Shown: positions 1 through 12,983, counted from the stretch's first letter. The stretch is DNA of 64,000 nucleotides from Octopus vulgaris (GCA_951406725.2 OX597836.1:2170001-2234000); one strand, 5' to 3'. The notes: a model not told the origin generated them from the letters alone. Translations and numbers: made by a program.

Positions 1-68
1 ACTGAAGCCAAATAACAAAAGCATATGGACAGCAAAACAGAACGAAATGTCTTTTAGAAGCAAATCGA

Positions 69-131
<63 letters not shown>
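69..131. repeat. (AAT)n microsatellite
   Basis: Uninterrupted AAT run read directly. Confidence 0.97.
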
Positions 132-132
<1 letters not shown>

Positions 133-263
133 GTCCTGATTTAATACCAGACAGTGGCTCTCATGGCTTCTGATCTTAACTGATTGGCAGTGTTATCATG
201 TACATTGTTTTGTCTTGGTATAAAAGATGGGCTATAGCAAATATTCTGCTCAATATCACAGAT
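131..263 (+). mobile_element. Fragment of unclassified (AAT)n-associated interspersed repeat
   Basis: 189-263 is near-identical to the reverse complement of 12797-12872; starts directly after an (AAT)n run. Confidence 0.8.
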
Positions 264-690
264 ACCTTACGCACCCCGGATATATATACTTGTGTGATTG
301 TGTGTGCGTGTGTGTGTGTGTGATTGCTTGTGTGTATGTGCGTATGAGTGTTCATGTCTTCATGTGTTTGGAAATATGCCTATGTCTACAGTGTGTAATC
401 TCGATGGTTTGCATTGGAAAGTTCAGTCAGGTAACAAATATTAGTACAATACTTATAAATGAGAAAAATAAAACCTTCTCTTATAGATATTAGTATCATT
501 TTATAAATATTGTGGCCGAAACAACAGTAGTAGTGTATTCTTTTTTCTCTTTCCTTAAGGCGTCGTTTTGTATTAAAATATCATAAAACCAGGTTCTTAT
601 CAATTTCATGTTCTGCATGAACAAACAATATTTACAATTTAGAAACATACGTGAAGTTAGGTTATCCCAATGATATATATATATATATTT

Positions 691-963
691 ATATTTCTCC
701 AGTTTCATCTCGGAGCTGCGGCCATGCTGATGCACCGCCGTTTTGCTACACTGTTATTACTAAGACCCTCCTCTAATATGCGGCACTTGGTGAAGAATGG
801 TGTTTGATATAGCTACCCTCATTTGCACCTCTTGCCGTGAGATAGGTTCATCTGGGACTCTCGACAGGAAGAGGTCCAGCTTTGATTTAAAATCCCTTAC
901 ATCTACTTTGTGCAATTTCCTCAGACTCTTTGGGAGAATATTAAAATGCTGTGGGCCCTTGAA
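691..963 (-). mobile_element. 5'-truncated CR1-group LINE: ORF2 C-terminus plus 3' UTR
   Basis: Minus-strand KGPQHFNILPKSLRKLHKVDVRDFKSKLDLFLSRVPDEP matches the GP.LFN.LP..LR...FK..LD.FL..VPD motif of CR1-group ORF2 ends. Stop at 760-762, short UTR, (TA)n on both sides. Confidence 0.8.
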
Positions 964-1068
964 TATATATATATATATGTACAATTGGATATTTATAGAG
1001 ATCAGTATCATGTTTTCAATATTGGAGCTACGTTTAGAATCACAAATGCAAATTCTCCCCTTTTCTTT

Positions 1069-1577
1069 CATACATTCAATTTGGGGAGAAATTTTTGATG
1101 AAGTGTAACTCCATTGATTGTCGGTGCTGCGGGTCATCCTGTAAAAGGGAAAGGTCTTGAACTTTGCTTCACCGCATATTTCTAGATGATTGCTCAGTGA
1201 AATTTTGCCAATCCTTTATGTCGGATATGTTGCCTGTAGATTCTTGCAAGTTTGGCAGAGGGAATTATTTGTTTCGCTAATGTAATTTTCTATGCAATTT
1301 TGGCTGGTAAAGCTGTATATGAAGTTCTGCCTTTTGAAGTTCATATGTGAATTTATTTTCAACGAGAATCCGCTCTTGAATTTTATGTGTGAACCATTTT
1401 CTAAGTATTTATAACTGTTATTGTTGTTGCTTGTTCCACATCTCCTATCTCCACATTCTTTTTCAAAGAGTTCTGATTCATTCGCTAATGTGAATTCTGT
1501 TCTTGTGGGGTGGTATTTAAGAATCTTTGGTTGGCGTCTACTATTCTATAAGGGGTTTTTTCAATCAGATTTTTTTC

Positions 1578-1580
<3 letters not shown>
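1069..1580 (-). mobile_element. Penelope-like element relic (Cys linker plus GIY-YIG endonuclease), frameshifted
   Basis: Manual translation across frameshifts: SRRQPKILK..ECGDRRCGT..YLENGSHIKFKSG..HMNFKRQNFIYSFTSQNCIENYISETNNSL..RIYRQHIR..ISLSNHLEICGEAKFKTFPFY..MELHFIKNF.PKLNV*. This is the typical PLE endonuclease layout (IY..YIG-like, terminal P.LN). Confidence 0.85.
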
Positions 1581-1639
<59 letters not shown>

Positions 1640-3333
1640 ATGTATGCATATATAAATATACATTCAACTATAGATACGCTCATATGTAAAGACAGTTGGG
1701 GTCGGGTTTCAATATGCAAACATGACCCTGTGCGCGAGTTTCTGTGTTCGAGCTCGTGCACGTGTGTATAAATAACGGAGAAGAACATTTGAAACAAGTG
1801 AAGGGGAATTAAGAATAGTTTTTCCTTACAAATCCCTCTATCGTTTAATAGCCAACTGAACACCAATAATAGACAAAGCTTAATGGATTCAAACAGCAGT
1901 CGAAAAACGAAAGAAACCTGAAAACCAGGAATTCACATGAATCTCTTATGCACTACTATTCCTGAAGATGTTACAGGATACCAGAATTTTTTAAATCAGA
2001 AAGATATATGATTGCACGACAAAGAAATTATGTTATAATTTCGACCATAGGGAGGGGAGTGTGCATTTAACAACAAAGTGCTTTTGGGAAAAAACATCTT
2101 CTGTTACGAATATATTATCTTTCAATACTGGTCAATATCCTCGATAATGTGTAATCTCTTTATTAACATTTTATTGTTTTAAGTGACTGATTTGCACCGT
2201 GACCATAGCGCGGTCAATAGCCTTTCCGAGTATTTACTAAGCAACATGGACGCCAACAAATATTTTTTTCTTTTTTACTTGTGTGTAATTATTTTATCGA
2301 CTTCTGTACGAGGAGTGGCAAAGCGGACCAGTGTAAACAGAAAGAGAGAGACAAGCAGATTGAGAGAGAGAGAGAGAGAAAGAGAAAATAATAGGATATT
2401 ATACACTTTTTATGCATAGTTTAAATAAATTTTAATTATATATATGTGTCTGTGTACACATACACACACACACAAAAATAAATAGAGTTACGTATTCACG
2501 TATACACACATACACACGCGTATGTTATATATGTTTGCATGTGTAAATATATTTACATATGCGTGTGAATGTTCAATAGTAACTCGTGCTGTTTAACTAG
2601 TGAAATAAAATTGCGGCCTCAATACTTTTCTTCCATTATGTCGAACAATTTTTTTTCTTTTTCCTTTGTGGTGTATCATCGAAAAATACATAAAACTAGT
2701 TCAAATGTATGCTACTACTAACCAATATACATCAATACGATTTCACTCTTGCCATTCTGAATTCATAATATTGTGCAGCATAATGCACAAAAATATGCAG
2801 ACGCGGTAATTCAATATGGCTGCATATCTGAAATACTCGTTATCGATCTCGAAAGCTAAACAATATGTGAATCAAACATGTTAGACGCCATTAACTAATG
2901 CTATTGTCTGATAGCAATGGTTCTTGTTTTGTCTGCTCTCTTCTAAAATATTTGTTTTCGATTGGCCATATTTTTGTTTGTCTTTGTTATTCTTTGTTGA
3001 ATCTTTCCTACCATTTTAATGCTTATATATTCTCTTCTTTGTTATGATTTGTTTTTTCTTCTGTGTATTATAATGTTGGTAGCGGTGGTACCGGTGGTGG
3101 TCGTGGTGGTGGTGGTGGTGGTGGAATGTTGTTGGTGTTGTTACTATTGTAGTCTTTCTTATTATTTGATTCAAAGATGTGCTTGATCATGCTATTACTG
3201 TTGCTGTTGTTGTTGTTGTTTTTTATGTGTTCATTGATCGACTTAGATTTTGTTTGCACTTAATCGTTTTGTTCCTACTTTTTGGGTTGTATTCCTAATT
3301 ACATAGTTTTATATATACATATATATACATATA

Positions 3334-3401
<68 letters not shown>

Positions 3402-4214
3402 CATATATATATATATACATATATACATTTATGTGCATGTGTCCGTGTGCACGTATATATGCATATATATATGTGTGTATTTATATGTATGTATGTATTT
3501 ATATATATGTATACTCTCATCAGATTCGGTACAAGTAAACTTTATGTATTCATGAACGTGTGTTAGGTGTGTGGACGAGGGATTTTAGTGGGGAAATAAT
3601 CGACCAAATCAACCCTAATATTCTCAAAATTCTCACCCCCACCCCCAGCCATCAAAGTACCGAAATACAAAATAATCTCCCAGCGGAGCTGCGTACAAAG
3701 CACGCGATAAATAAACCGAATGGCGAATAAGACAATAAATGCTTTCACTTGGGTCTCGGGGGATTTCCTTTACAAGAGATCGAATATTGCTCTTGTTTTT
3801 CCAGCTTTGTTTGTGGTGATGATAATTTTTTTCTTTAACCTGTGTTGCCACAATATCCACTCATCAAGTTGGCTTATTATCAAGGTCTCTAGACGTGACC
3901 ACCTCGTCTACTGTGAATGTATGTAGAACTGCATTATCCAATTTATATACATAATCTTTATTTCGTTTTGGTGATTAGTTTTAGGCCCCGAGCATCACTA
4001 ACATTCCAGCAGTAAACACATCATTTTTGTTGCATGTATATTTGTTTCATTTGTAGTTTTTGATTCGTTTAACCGAAGGATTATCCAGATCGATTAATGC
4101 AATTAACAAACTGTTCCGTCTTCCTTTTTTTCCTCATTTTCTGCTCATATACTCAGAGTATCACAACGTTGCATGTGACCTTTTATACTAATTTGATGGT
4201 TAAATCGATGTCAA

Positions 4215-4298
4215 TTTACTTTATGTCCGCCGGCCCCAGGTTGTCCACAAAGGTAGAACGGGGGTCCATGAGCTAAATTCAAAATTTCATATATATTA

Positions 4299-4337
<39 letters not shown>

Positions 4338-6180
4338 TTCACTATCACTTTGACCGACCAGTCCGTCAGGCGTCTATTTGACACCGCTGGTCACAGCACG
4401 CTGTCCACTCCTCTCTGGATCGCGCCTTTCTCATCCACGTGATCCCAATCGTCCTCTTGAAATCGTCACTCCACCGTCGTGGAGGTCTTCCGGGTGGTCT
4501 TTTCCGCTCACGCGGGTACCATTCGTCGACTGCGTGCGTCGACCGATTATCGGTGAGCCGGGCGACGTGTCCATATATATATATATATATATTAAAAGGT
4601 GTCCGTGGCAAAACTGATTTAAATAAATAGGTCAGGAACCGCAAACTTAAATATTCTTTCATGAGAAACAAACGTTAGATGGCAAAGCGAGGTTTATTCC
4701 GTCTTTAATCTAGCAGATCAAGACATGTAGCGGAATGCTCGTTAGATCAGGTTCCCACGTTTAATTAGATACTCTGAAATAATGCAAATATGTTTTAGAT
4801 ATACGTAACATAGTTCCCGAGTATAAACGTAAAATGAGTGAGCTGTACTCTTACCATACCTTGGTTTGGACGGAAGTCTGACCGAATCTGTATTTTCCGT
4901 TACAGTGATCAATATGCTTTCAAGTATGTTCAAACAATGGAGACCGATTGTCACATCGCGCCTCCTCATAATTTGAGCCATTTTTACTAATCTGCGAGCG
5001 GGAGAAGCTGCGTTCTCAACTTGAGGAGGTCGATGAAAATGGTTGAAATTTAAAAATGGAACGCGGAGCCAGGTGAGTAATTACATATAAATTCTCTAAC
5101 CAGCCACCAGTGACTGTAACTTTACGAAACCCGAAAAATACAGTAGAGTTTCGTATCACGGACATTCTTCAAAATGCTCAGACGAAATTTCCCGTATATT
5201 TTAATGCTGAAGACTTGCAAATCTATTCAATAAATAAATCCAGGAATATACCAAATGATATTACCAATGTCAAATCTTTAGCTTCAGATGAGGCGCACAA
5301 CTCTATAGGATTACATTAATCCATCTCCCAGTTTTATTACTATCAATGTTAAAAATTTGCAAAATCACAAAATACTAATCGATGCTTTATATAATAACAT
5401 CAATTTATCCAAAACTTTTATTTCCATGACATTTAAATTGTTAAACAATAACCAGGTCGCATTATTGTAATTCTAAACGAAGAGAGATTTTTTTAAATAT
5501 AATTTATCTTGGACGTTTCCATCGAATTTTTTAATGTCAAATTAGTATTCCGACTTTAACCATATCTAACCATCATTTTTCATCACTGAATGTCATCAAG
5601 TTTGCAGTTTGAGAAAATTAAAATGAAATTTCTTCTTTTAAAATTATAATATATTTCTGAAGTGCAGCAATTTCCATCGCAAACTAATAGAAATTGTCTG
5701 AGCAATTTCCGATTTTTTGTATTTATAACTAAGCTTTAGTCTTTCAGGAACCGACAACATCATGATCTATGGGGATTTAGGTTTTATAAACAATTGCTTT
5801 TTTCATAAATGATTATATTTATAGAAACTGATCGTCGTTGCCTTCTCTGATCCACAACCTATTCGTAAAATTCTTTTCAAGATTCTGTCATTTTGCTTTC
5901 CCCGCATGAGAAGACGCTTCTCATTTTTAATCATTTTCAATCCCACTTCTTCGTCGCCCAAGCAATGAATCATTTCTTCTACTGCTAAAATGTCATTCGG
6001 CAGCTCTATTTCTCTGTTCTTTGTGCATAATTAACAGCATTTATTTTTCATTTAGCCGATGCATGACAGTCACATTTCCTCAGATGTCAAGAGTGGAAAA
6101 CAAAGCAATCGACAATTACTGTACCTATTCTTAAAATACGATTCTTCAGTTTTGAGTTACGTACAGAACTTAAATGTAAG
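4215..6180 (-). mobile_element. Possible highly decayed hAT-like DNA transposon
   Basis: Only weak similarities: GGGGTCCA sub-terminal-like motif near 4260 and EYLIKRG resembling hAT dimerisation-domain SYL.E.GFS. No intact frame. Confidence 0.25.
4334..4573 (-). mobile_element. 5'-truncated RTE-clade LINE 3' end inserted in (TA)n
   Basis: Open frame GHVARLTDNRSTHAVDEWYPRERKRPPGRPPRRWSDDFKRTIGITWMRKARSREEW is a characteristic RTE C-terminus. Short GTGAT-type tail and (TA)n on both flanks; GC-rich and intact, so probably young. Confidence 0.9.
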
Positions 6181-6267
6181 TCGAATTCCGGCTAGCCTAT
6201 AAAAACTATATATATATATGTGTGTGTGTGGAGAGAGAGAGAGAGAGAGAGAGAGAAATAGAGAGTG

Positions 6268-6462
6268 CACGAAAAAACAAAAGACGAAGAGAGGTGGTGT
6301 ATAAAACAAACAGATATATTAGTATAACACTCAGGAATAGAATAAGTCTTTTACGTTTCGAGCCTACGTCCTTCTACAGAAAGGGACACAGAAAAAAACA
6401 ACAAGGAGAGAAACAAGCAGAGAAAAAATGTATGTAGTTGCTACCGATCTATCATGGCGATC

Positions 6463-6465
<3 letters not shown>
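6268..6465 (-). mobile_element. Short non-autonomous Penelope-pLTR-like element with degenerate minimal hammerhead motif
   Basis: Homologous to 19497-19693. Minus strand reads CTTT-CTGTAGA-A-GGAC-GTAG-GCTC-GAAAC-GTA-AAAG (6346-6387); lies between (GA)n and (TA)n. Confidence 0.7.
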
Positions 6466-6526
<61 letters not shown>

Positions 6527-7049
6527 TCCTGTAATATAATATGTGACAATTATTCGGTTGCCATAATAAAACTCAGAGTTTCGGATGACGGGGTGGAAAT
6601 TATGGTAACCGAATTATTCTCACGTTATATTACAGATAAATTCCTCTATTTACATAATATCGAGGTCTAATTATTTCTTTTGAGGTTATACTATTACTAT
6701 TAATATATATATAAAACCAAAACAACTGTTTGGCGTTTCCCAGCGCTAACTGCATTTAGCACTCATCGGTTAACAGCATAACGTGTTTGAAATCGAAGTC
6801 TCATACTGGAAAACAATTTTTTAAAAATTCGGTCTGAAATCTTTCAGTGACTGTAAGAGAGTTAATGTATTCCGCATTAGACACCAGTCCACCTGTATTT
6901 AAAAGCTTTTTCACTCGTATTGATTACTCTGATTTATATTTTATATGTTAAGAAGCACTAGAAAAATTGTTTTTAACAGAAAAATGCTAGTTTTGTTTAA
7001 AATAACACATTCAAATAAACTATGGTTGTTTTTTTCTCATTTATATTAA

Positions 7050-7251
7050 CACTAGCCTTTTGTGAAACGTATGCATGTCTATAAACTATTCATATCTTCG
7101 CTGTAACAAACTCCAGGAGTTTACAACATCAAGATTTGGGGTGAAAAAGTGCGTCTGATTTATCGAGAAATATGCTACTTGTTCACGCACACAAACATAA
7201 CTGTTCATGTCCCGATACAACGAGATACGCGCATGTATTTATATATACATG

Positions 7252-7306
<55 letters not shown>

Positions 7307-9000
7307 ATATATATATATATATGTATATGTATGTGTGTGTGTGTATGTGTGTGTTTGTGTGTGTCTGTGTGTGTGTCTCTGCGTGTGTGCGTATACGCGC
7401 GCCTAAAATTAATCGCAGCTATCTATTTATTAATTCGGAGCTGAATCTCATGCGTTCAAATACGAGTTTCGTGTCACATTGATATTCTAAAATTTAGAGA
7501 AACTCACGAGAATATGAAATCCCGAACTGTCACACTTTGCAGACGTTAGCTCCAGTCAAATTCATTGTTCAGTAAATTTGTCTCTCTTGAGTGGAATGGG
7601 CAAAATATGTGATCAAACGTTCATGTAATTACGATTAAGTGTATTGAAAAAAACATCACCACCTAATGTATCCTTTGTTTTTTTAATAATCTACGACCAA
7701 AGTTTAGGGAGTTTGGTTGACGTTTCTTGTAAACTAAACGGTTGCATCGTAGATCTGAAGCAGGTGACAAATTCCCAGGCTGCTACACGTTTTTGATATC
7801 TCTTTAAATTAAATTAGATGGTGAGAGAAGTTGTATATATAAAAAAAAAATTGAATATCAAATTTCAGGATATATGTCCGTATTGTTAAGTAGATTCATT
7901 GCAATTTAATGAGCATACCTACAGAAGTTTGCCCCCAGGAAAAGAGATACTTTTTAATGGCGTTTTCTACAAATACATTTCCAATGACGTGGAGACTGAT
8001 TACATCGGAATTTATTAAGAATTTCTTCAGGGGATTGGGTAAGGAGTTTCCGAAAATTTTCAAGATTCAGCATTGTTTCTCCATTATTTCAGAAAAATGT
8101 GAATTTTTTTCATGATATTTTGTTGAAATAACTTTCAGATTGGGATGATATCGATTATATTGGAATATTAAATTAAGAGACAAACATGGTGAGCTCGTAC
8201 ACATATATATCAACATACGTGATTTATTTCTGTACGAAATTTCTTGTCTCATTTTGTAGAAAAACACATGATGTGTGCTTGTATGGATGTGTGCGTGCCC
8301 ACCATTTCACTTTTCCACATGAAATTCGAATATAATCGTAACATGAGCATTCTGAAAGTTATTTGAGAAAAAGTCATTAAGAAGTACACTTTCTCCTAGA
8401 GGTTATATTGAAACAAGTTTGACGTGAGTGATTTTACGAAACTCCTCTCCCCACACGTGGAGAAGATTTTCATAACAAATTCTGATAAAAACGGAATCTT
8501 TACCACCTGACTCCAATCTGTAAATGAATTCATTGAAAGATTTCCATTATTCTGAAAGTTATGAGGAACCAAATTCGGGGATATACTTGTCTTGATATGC
8601 CATTTAATGAATATTTTCGCACATTCCAACAAACATATTTTGAGCTTTATTTTTTGCCAATGACTGAAGGCAGCAATATCATAAACTTCTCTTTCAGTTT
8701 TTAGTTTCTTGTCGAGTTCACATTATTTTTCTCTAACTTTTTGTTCTTCAAAATCTGTCGACATTTCTCATTTCCAGCATTCCAGTGTGGTATTATTGTA
8801 TTAGATAAGATATCAACTCCTAAGGTGCTTCATTGTTGAAGTGGCTTTGTGACGAAGTTAAATATGGTGACACTGAAAGATCTAAATTCAATATTTCTTA
8901 AGTATTTCCTTGTTTCCGTCAACTCCGAATCTCCATAGTTTAAGACATTTAAGATATATCTTGTTGCCTTACAACGAGAAGTGGTTTTGGAAAATTTTGT
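7050..9000 (-). mobile_element. Possible ancient Helitron (Pif1-like helicase) relic
   Basis: Scattered collinear minus-strand peptide similarities (PGNLSP..CNRLVYKK..PN, GDVF, PIPLKRDKF) and a CTAG at ~7052. Heavily decayed. Confidence 0.25.
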
Positions 9001-10109
9001 TTCATCGACATCTGCTTCCAACTAGATCTTTCATTTTAATTATATTAAGCCTATCAAAATTGAGGCTTAGAAGTGAGAGAAAGAAAGAGAGGGACAAAGA
9101 GAGAGACAGGGGGATAGAGAGAGAGAGAGCATGAGAGGGTAGGTTTGGGTGTGTATGTGTATACACTTTATTACATTATGCAAAGGCGGCAACGCAAAAT
9201 ATGTATGTGTGTGTGTGTGTGTGAGCATATATACATATATACGTACATAAATACCTCATATTTATGTATGTAAGTGCGTACCTCTGTACACGTAGAGTTG
9301 TTCATGTATGTAATAGTATATGTGTGCGTGTTTGCGTGCATCCAACTACACACACACACATACAAACATTGGAATTTTGTGCCATTGATCATTCTACATA
9401 TTCCTCTTAAAGTTGCAAGCGTAATCAGATTCTTTAGCGTTAATTTATACAAAAGCATTGATGTCAGTTTTGAAGACCGCTAGTTGCGCTATGTCAATGA
9501 AAAGCCTGGGTTGTCCAGAAGCAATAATTCGCCGTTTATCGTGCTTGTGGTCAGGATCTGTTGCACATTTAGTGTTTTCTTTGTGAATACCCTGCCAAGT
9601 CAACTGCAGATTTTTTTCTCTCAAACAGCAATTTCGATGATTTGCCCATACTTTGGTATTAGGAAATGTGAAAAGTGACACATAGCAAGCACCGTGAGCC
9701 AGAACCTGCTCAGCCTAAGTGTTCTCTCCTTATTCACTACATTTAAGGTGGAATACACCTCACTTTAGAAGAAAGTTTTTCCCCTTTGGTAGAAATCGCC
9801 GAAGGGATCGAGAATTAAGATCAAGCATGTGATACAGACATTGCGTGGCAATATTTGGTACCACATAGAACTACTTGCGCTAGTGTGTATTTAGAGGCAG
9901 TTCCTCTCTCTCTCTCTCTCTCTCTCTGTCTTTCTGTCTGTCTGTCTGCCTGTCTGTCGGTATCTCTCTCTCTCTTTGAGACACACGAACACACGTACAC
10001 ACACACATTCATAGTACAGTATTATGTACATGCCTGAATTCATATGTACATAAATATTTATAACAAATATATAGATACACATATACATATATATATATAT
10101 ATGCACACC

Positions 10110-10194
<85 letters not shown>
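10110..10194. repeat. (ATCT)n microsatellite
   Basis: Direct reading. Confidence 0.95.
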
Positions 10195-10948
10195 ATATAT
10201 ATATATATAGGAATACATGTTTGTGGTTGCGTATTGTATTCATTATTCTCTGTACTTAACGGATTCACATTACAAGTAAGAGCTTAGATTTTCTATGCCG
10301 TGTCAGGTAATGTCATATAAGTTTTCGTTTGCGCATTAAGAAATTTCATTCTATCGATGAACATAACCTCCATTTATACCATTGTTATATTGTAAATTTG
10401 TAAAAACTCCTAACCACTGCGTAGCATTCATGATGTATTATTAGTAAAAAAAAATCATATTAAGCAGCCGCTTGAAAATGGCTGAGTAAAAGTTAATATT
10501 CCAAGCACTCTACAAATTATATCGGTATGTGGTTAAAATTAAAGAAAGGTGAGGTGTAATAAAGGCAAATCACTTTGACATCATAATTTTCGGAAATTAT
10601 TATATTGTCGTTGGCGACATATTGGATTGTGTTATTTTAGTACACAACGACGTCTGCACGTGCAATGACAAATTATTTTGCTTTATATCTTCTGAGTTTT
10701 GGGTGAATGAGTATAACAATATTGTTAAGGATATACTAACGAACAAATTTGATTGTTGTTAAGTACTAGCGAAGACTAACAGACGCCGCAATATCTTCTC
10801 GATAAGAAAAACGTCATAAAGAAATATTTCTATACATATGAAACTATAATTATACTTATGATAACTGTATCTATAAAAGTACACCTGATGCTCAGCAGTT
10901 TTGATTTTAAACATGAGTTTGTGTGAGATTAAGTTTGTAAATGACATA

Positions 10949-11360
10949 GGCGCAGGAGTGGCTGTGTGGTAAATAGCTTGCTTACCAGCCAGATGGTTCC
11001 GGGTTCAGTCACACAGCGTGGCACCTTGGGCAAGTGTCTTCTACTATAGCCTCGGGCTGACCAAAGCCTTGTGAATGGATTTGGTAGACGGAAACTGAAA
11101 GAAGCCCGTCGTATATATGTATGTATATATATGTATTTATGTGGGTGTGTATGCTTGTGTGTGTCTGTTTTTGTCCCCCTAACATCGCTTGACAACCGAT
11201 GCTGGTGTGTTGATGTCCCCGTAACTTAACAGTTCGACAAAATAGACCTATATTAAAAGTATTAGGCTTACAAAGAATAAGTCGTGGGGTTGATTTGCTC
11301 GACTAAAGGTGGTGTTCCAGCATGGACGCAGTCAAATGATTGAAATAAGTAAAAGAGTAA
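10949..11360 (+). mobile_element. tRNA-derived SINE, family A, full length
   Basis: A-box TGGCTGTGTGG, B-box GGTTCAGTC, CORE-like ACCTTGGGCAAGT, internal TA/TG microsatellite and GTAAAAGA tail. Aligns with 50116-50523 and 60962-61250. Confidence 0.92.
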
Positions 11361-11399
11361 CGTCTTTTTTTTGTAGCACGTGGAAAAAGGAAAGCTACA

Positions 11400-12000
11400 A
11401 AGTTAGTCTGCTGTACTAGATAAGTACCTGTTCATTTCTATTGAGGAGGTGTTAGAGTACAGTTCTACCTGCATTATTTTCTTTCCCCCCATTATTTCTA
11501 GGCAGGTACACACGATCAACGTCTGCTTATGTGTGGTGCATGTTCTTAGATGTCAGTATTTTTCTTGTCTTCCTGTCCAGGCGATAGACCTGTGTAAGAT
11601 TCCAGTTAATTATGTTCAAACTGTTTTGGATTACTGGAAGTGCCAAGATGTTAATGGCTTCGGTGCCATTTGTCTAGTTGAGTTCAGTTTTTAGTATGAG
11701 TCTTATTCTCTTGTAATGCTCCTTTCCTATTTTTTCCTTCATTGTAGCATTTTTTATACCACCTCCTTTGTTTGTGCCCAGGTATTTGTAATTTTCTTCT
11801 TGGTCAACCACTGGATGGTAGCGTCGGTATATAAGTTAATGCAAGCTGTTGGCCTAAGATTGTCTCTTACAAAAGTTGCTTTAGCACACTTACCAAGGCC
11901 AAAATCCATCCGGATGTCATTGCTGAAATATTTAACAGTTGTTAGCAGCTCTACTAGCTCTTCGTATTTTCTAGCAAACAGCTTCAGATCATCCATATTC
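11400..12000 (-). mobile_element. R4/Dong-clade (RLE-type) non-LTR retrotransposon RT/thumb fragment
   Basis: MDDLKLFARK..LLTTVKYFSNDIRMDFGLGKCAKA followed by MKEKIGKEHYKRIRLILKTELN..AINILALPVI..INWN..RLDRKTRKILT..HH..ADVDRVYLPR..GG, with stops and frameshifts. Confidence 0.88.
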
Positions 12001-12149
12001 TTGTATTTCTCAGAACTCTCAGCCTTACTTGCTTTGGTTGCTTCTGTTTGTGCTGACATCAACCTGTTTTCAGAGAACTCACAGAGTTTCTTTTTGCAAA
12101 TTATATGCTTTGATACATGAATGTTAAATTATATTTGAAGTCACTCAAC

Positions 12150-12315
12150 GACCAAGGGTCAACCTCAAAATCTTATCTATCCACAATACAGCGCTTTTTT
12201 GTTTTGTAGTGAGAGGGAAGGGCACTCTGTGTTCATATCAATCCCAAGTTCTCTGACATATTTCTCCAAACAAGTCCTTAGTGCTTCGAGAGACACTACT
12301 GGGATAACAGTTACT
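12150..12315 (-). mobile_element. R4/Dong-like restriction-like endonuclease C-terminal fragment
   Basis: VTVIPVVSLEAL..LEKYVRELGI..QKSAVLWIDKILR resembles the RLE C-terminal IPVV.GALG..LQK.ALLGT..ILR pattern. Confidence 0.6.
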
Positions 12316-12371
12316 CATCATCATCAACTACGACATTATTAATATCCTTATCATTATTATTATTATTATTA

Positions 12372-12872
12372 TTGAGTGAGAGAGCAGTTCATGCCATCAA
12401 AGTGACACTGGGGTAAAATATACGAAGCCCAATATACCCATCATGACTACCCGTCTGATAAGGGTACACCAGGCACATGCATCACAACCATATATGCGCA
12501 ACATGGTGATCTCGTATCAAGATAAACAGCGCATGACCTTGCAAGTGGGGCCCAGTTAGAATTTTCTTCAGGTTGAGTAGCCCATCCCGCTCAAAAGGTC
12601 CCTGAATAAGGGTTATTTAAGGATGTTGAAAGGACCACCCATGTTTCCATAGGTGAATTATTCAAACCCCAAAGAATCCCTCTCAACACACGACCATGAT
12701 GCTCCCCCACTACTTCTGCTCGTTATCAGAGATGCACATATCGTCAGCCACTAAGGGACATGCTCAACTGGTTAAAGTCAAACAACTGACAAGCAAATCT
12801 GTGGTATTGAGCAGAATAATTGTTGTAGCCCATCTTTTATACTAAGACAAAACAATGTACATGATAACACTT
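12372..12872 (-). mobile_element. ~500-bp unclassified interspersed repeat flanked by (ATT)n on both sides
   Basis: Higher-GC block with sharp edges between ATT runs; partial second copy at 131-263. Confidence 0.8.
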
Positions 12873-12926
12873 TATTATTATTATTATTATTATTATTCTT
12901 ATCATTCTTCTTATTATTATTATTAA

Positions 12927-12983
<57 letters not shown>

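Noticed and set aside
760-1137. 125-aa ORF as a gene
   Set aside because: Chance fusion of Penelope relic, (TA)n and CR1-group C-terminus.
1955-2010. CCTGAAGATG as another hammerhead core
   Set aside because: No convincing stem II/GAAA or stem I pairing could be drawn.
10949-11030. SINE heads as genuine tRNA genes
   Set aside because: A/B boxes are present but no complete cloverleaf, and each continues into a SINE body.
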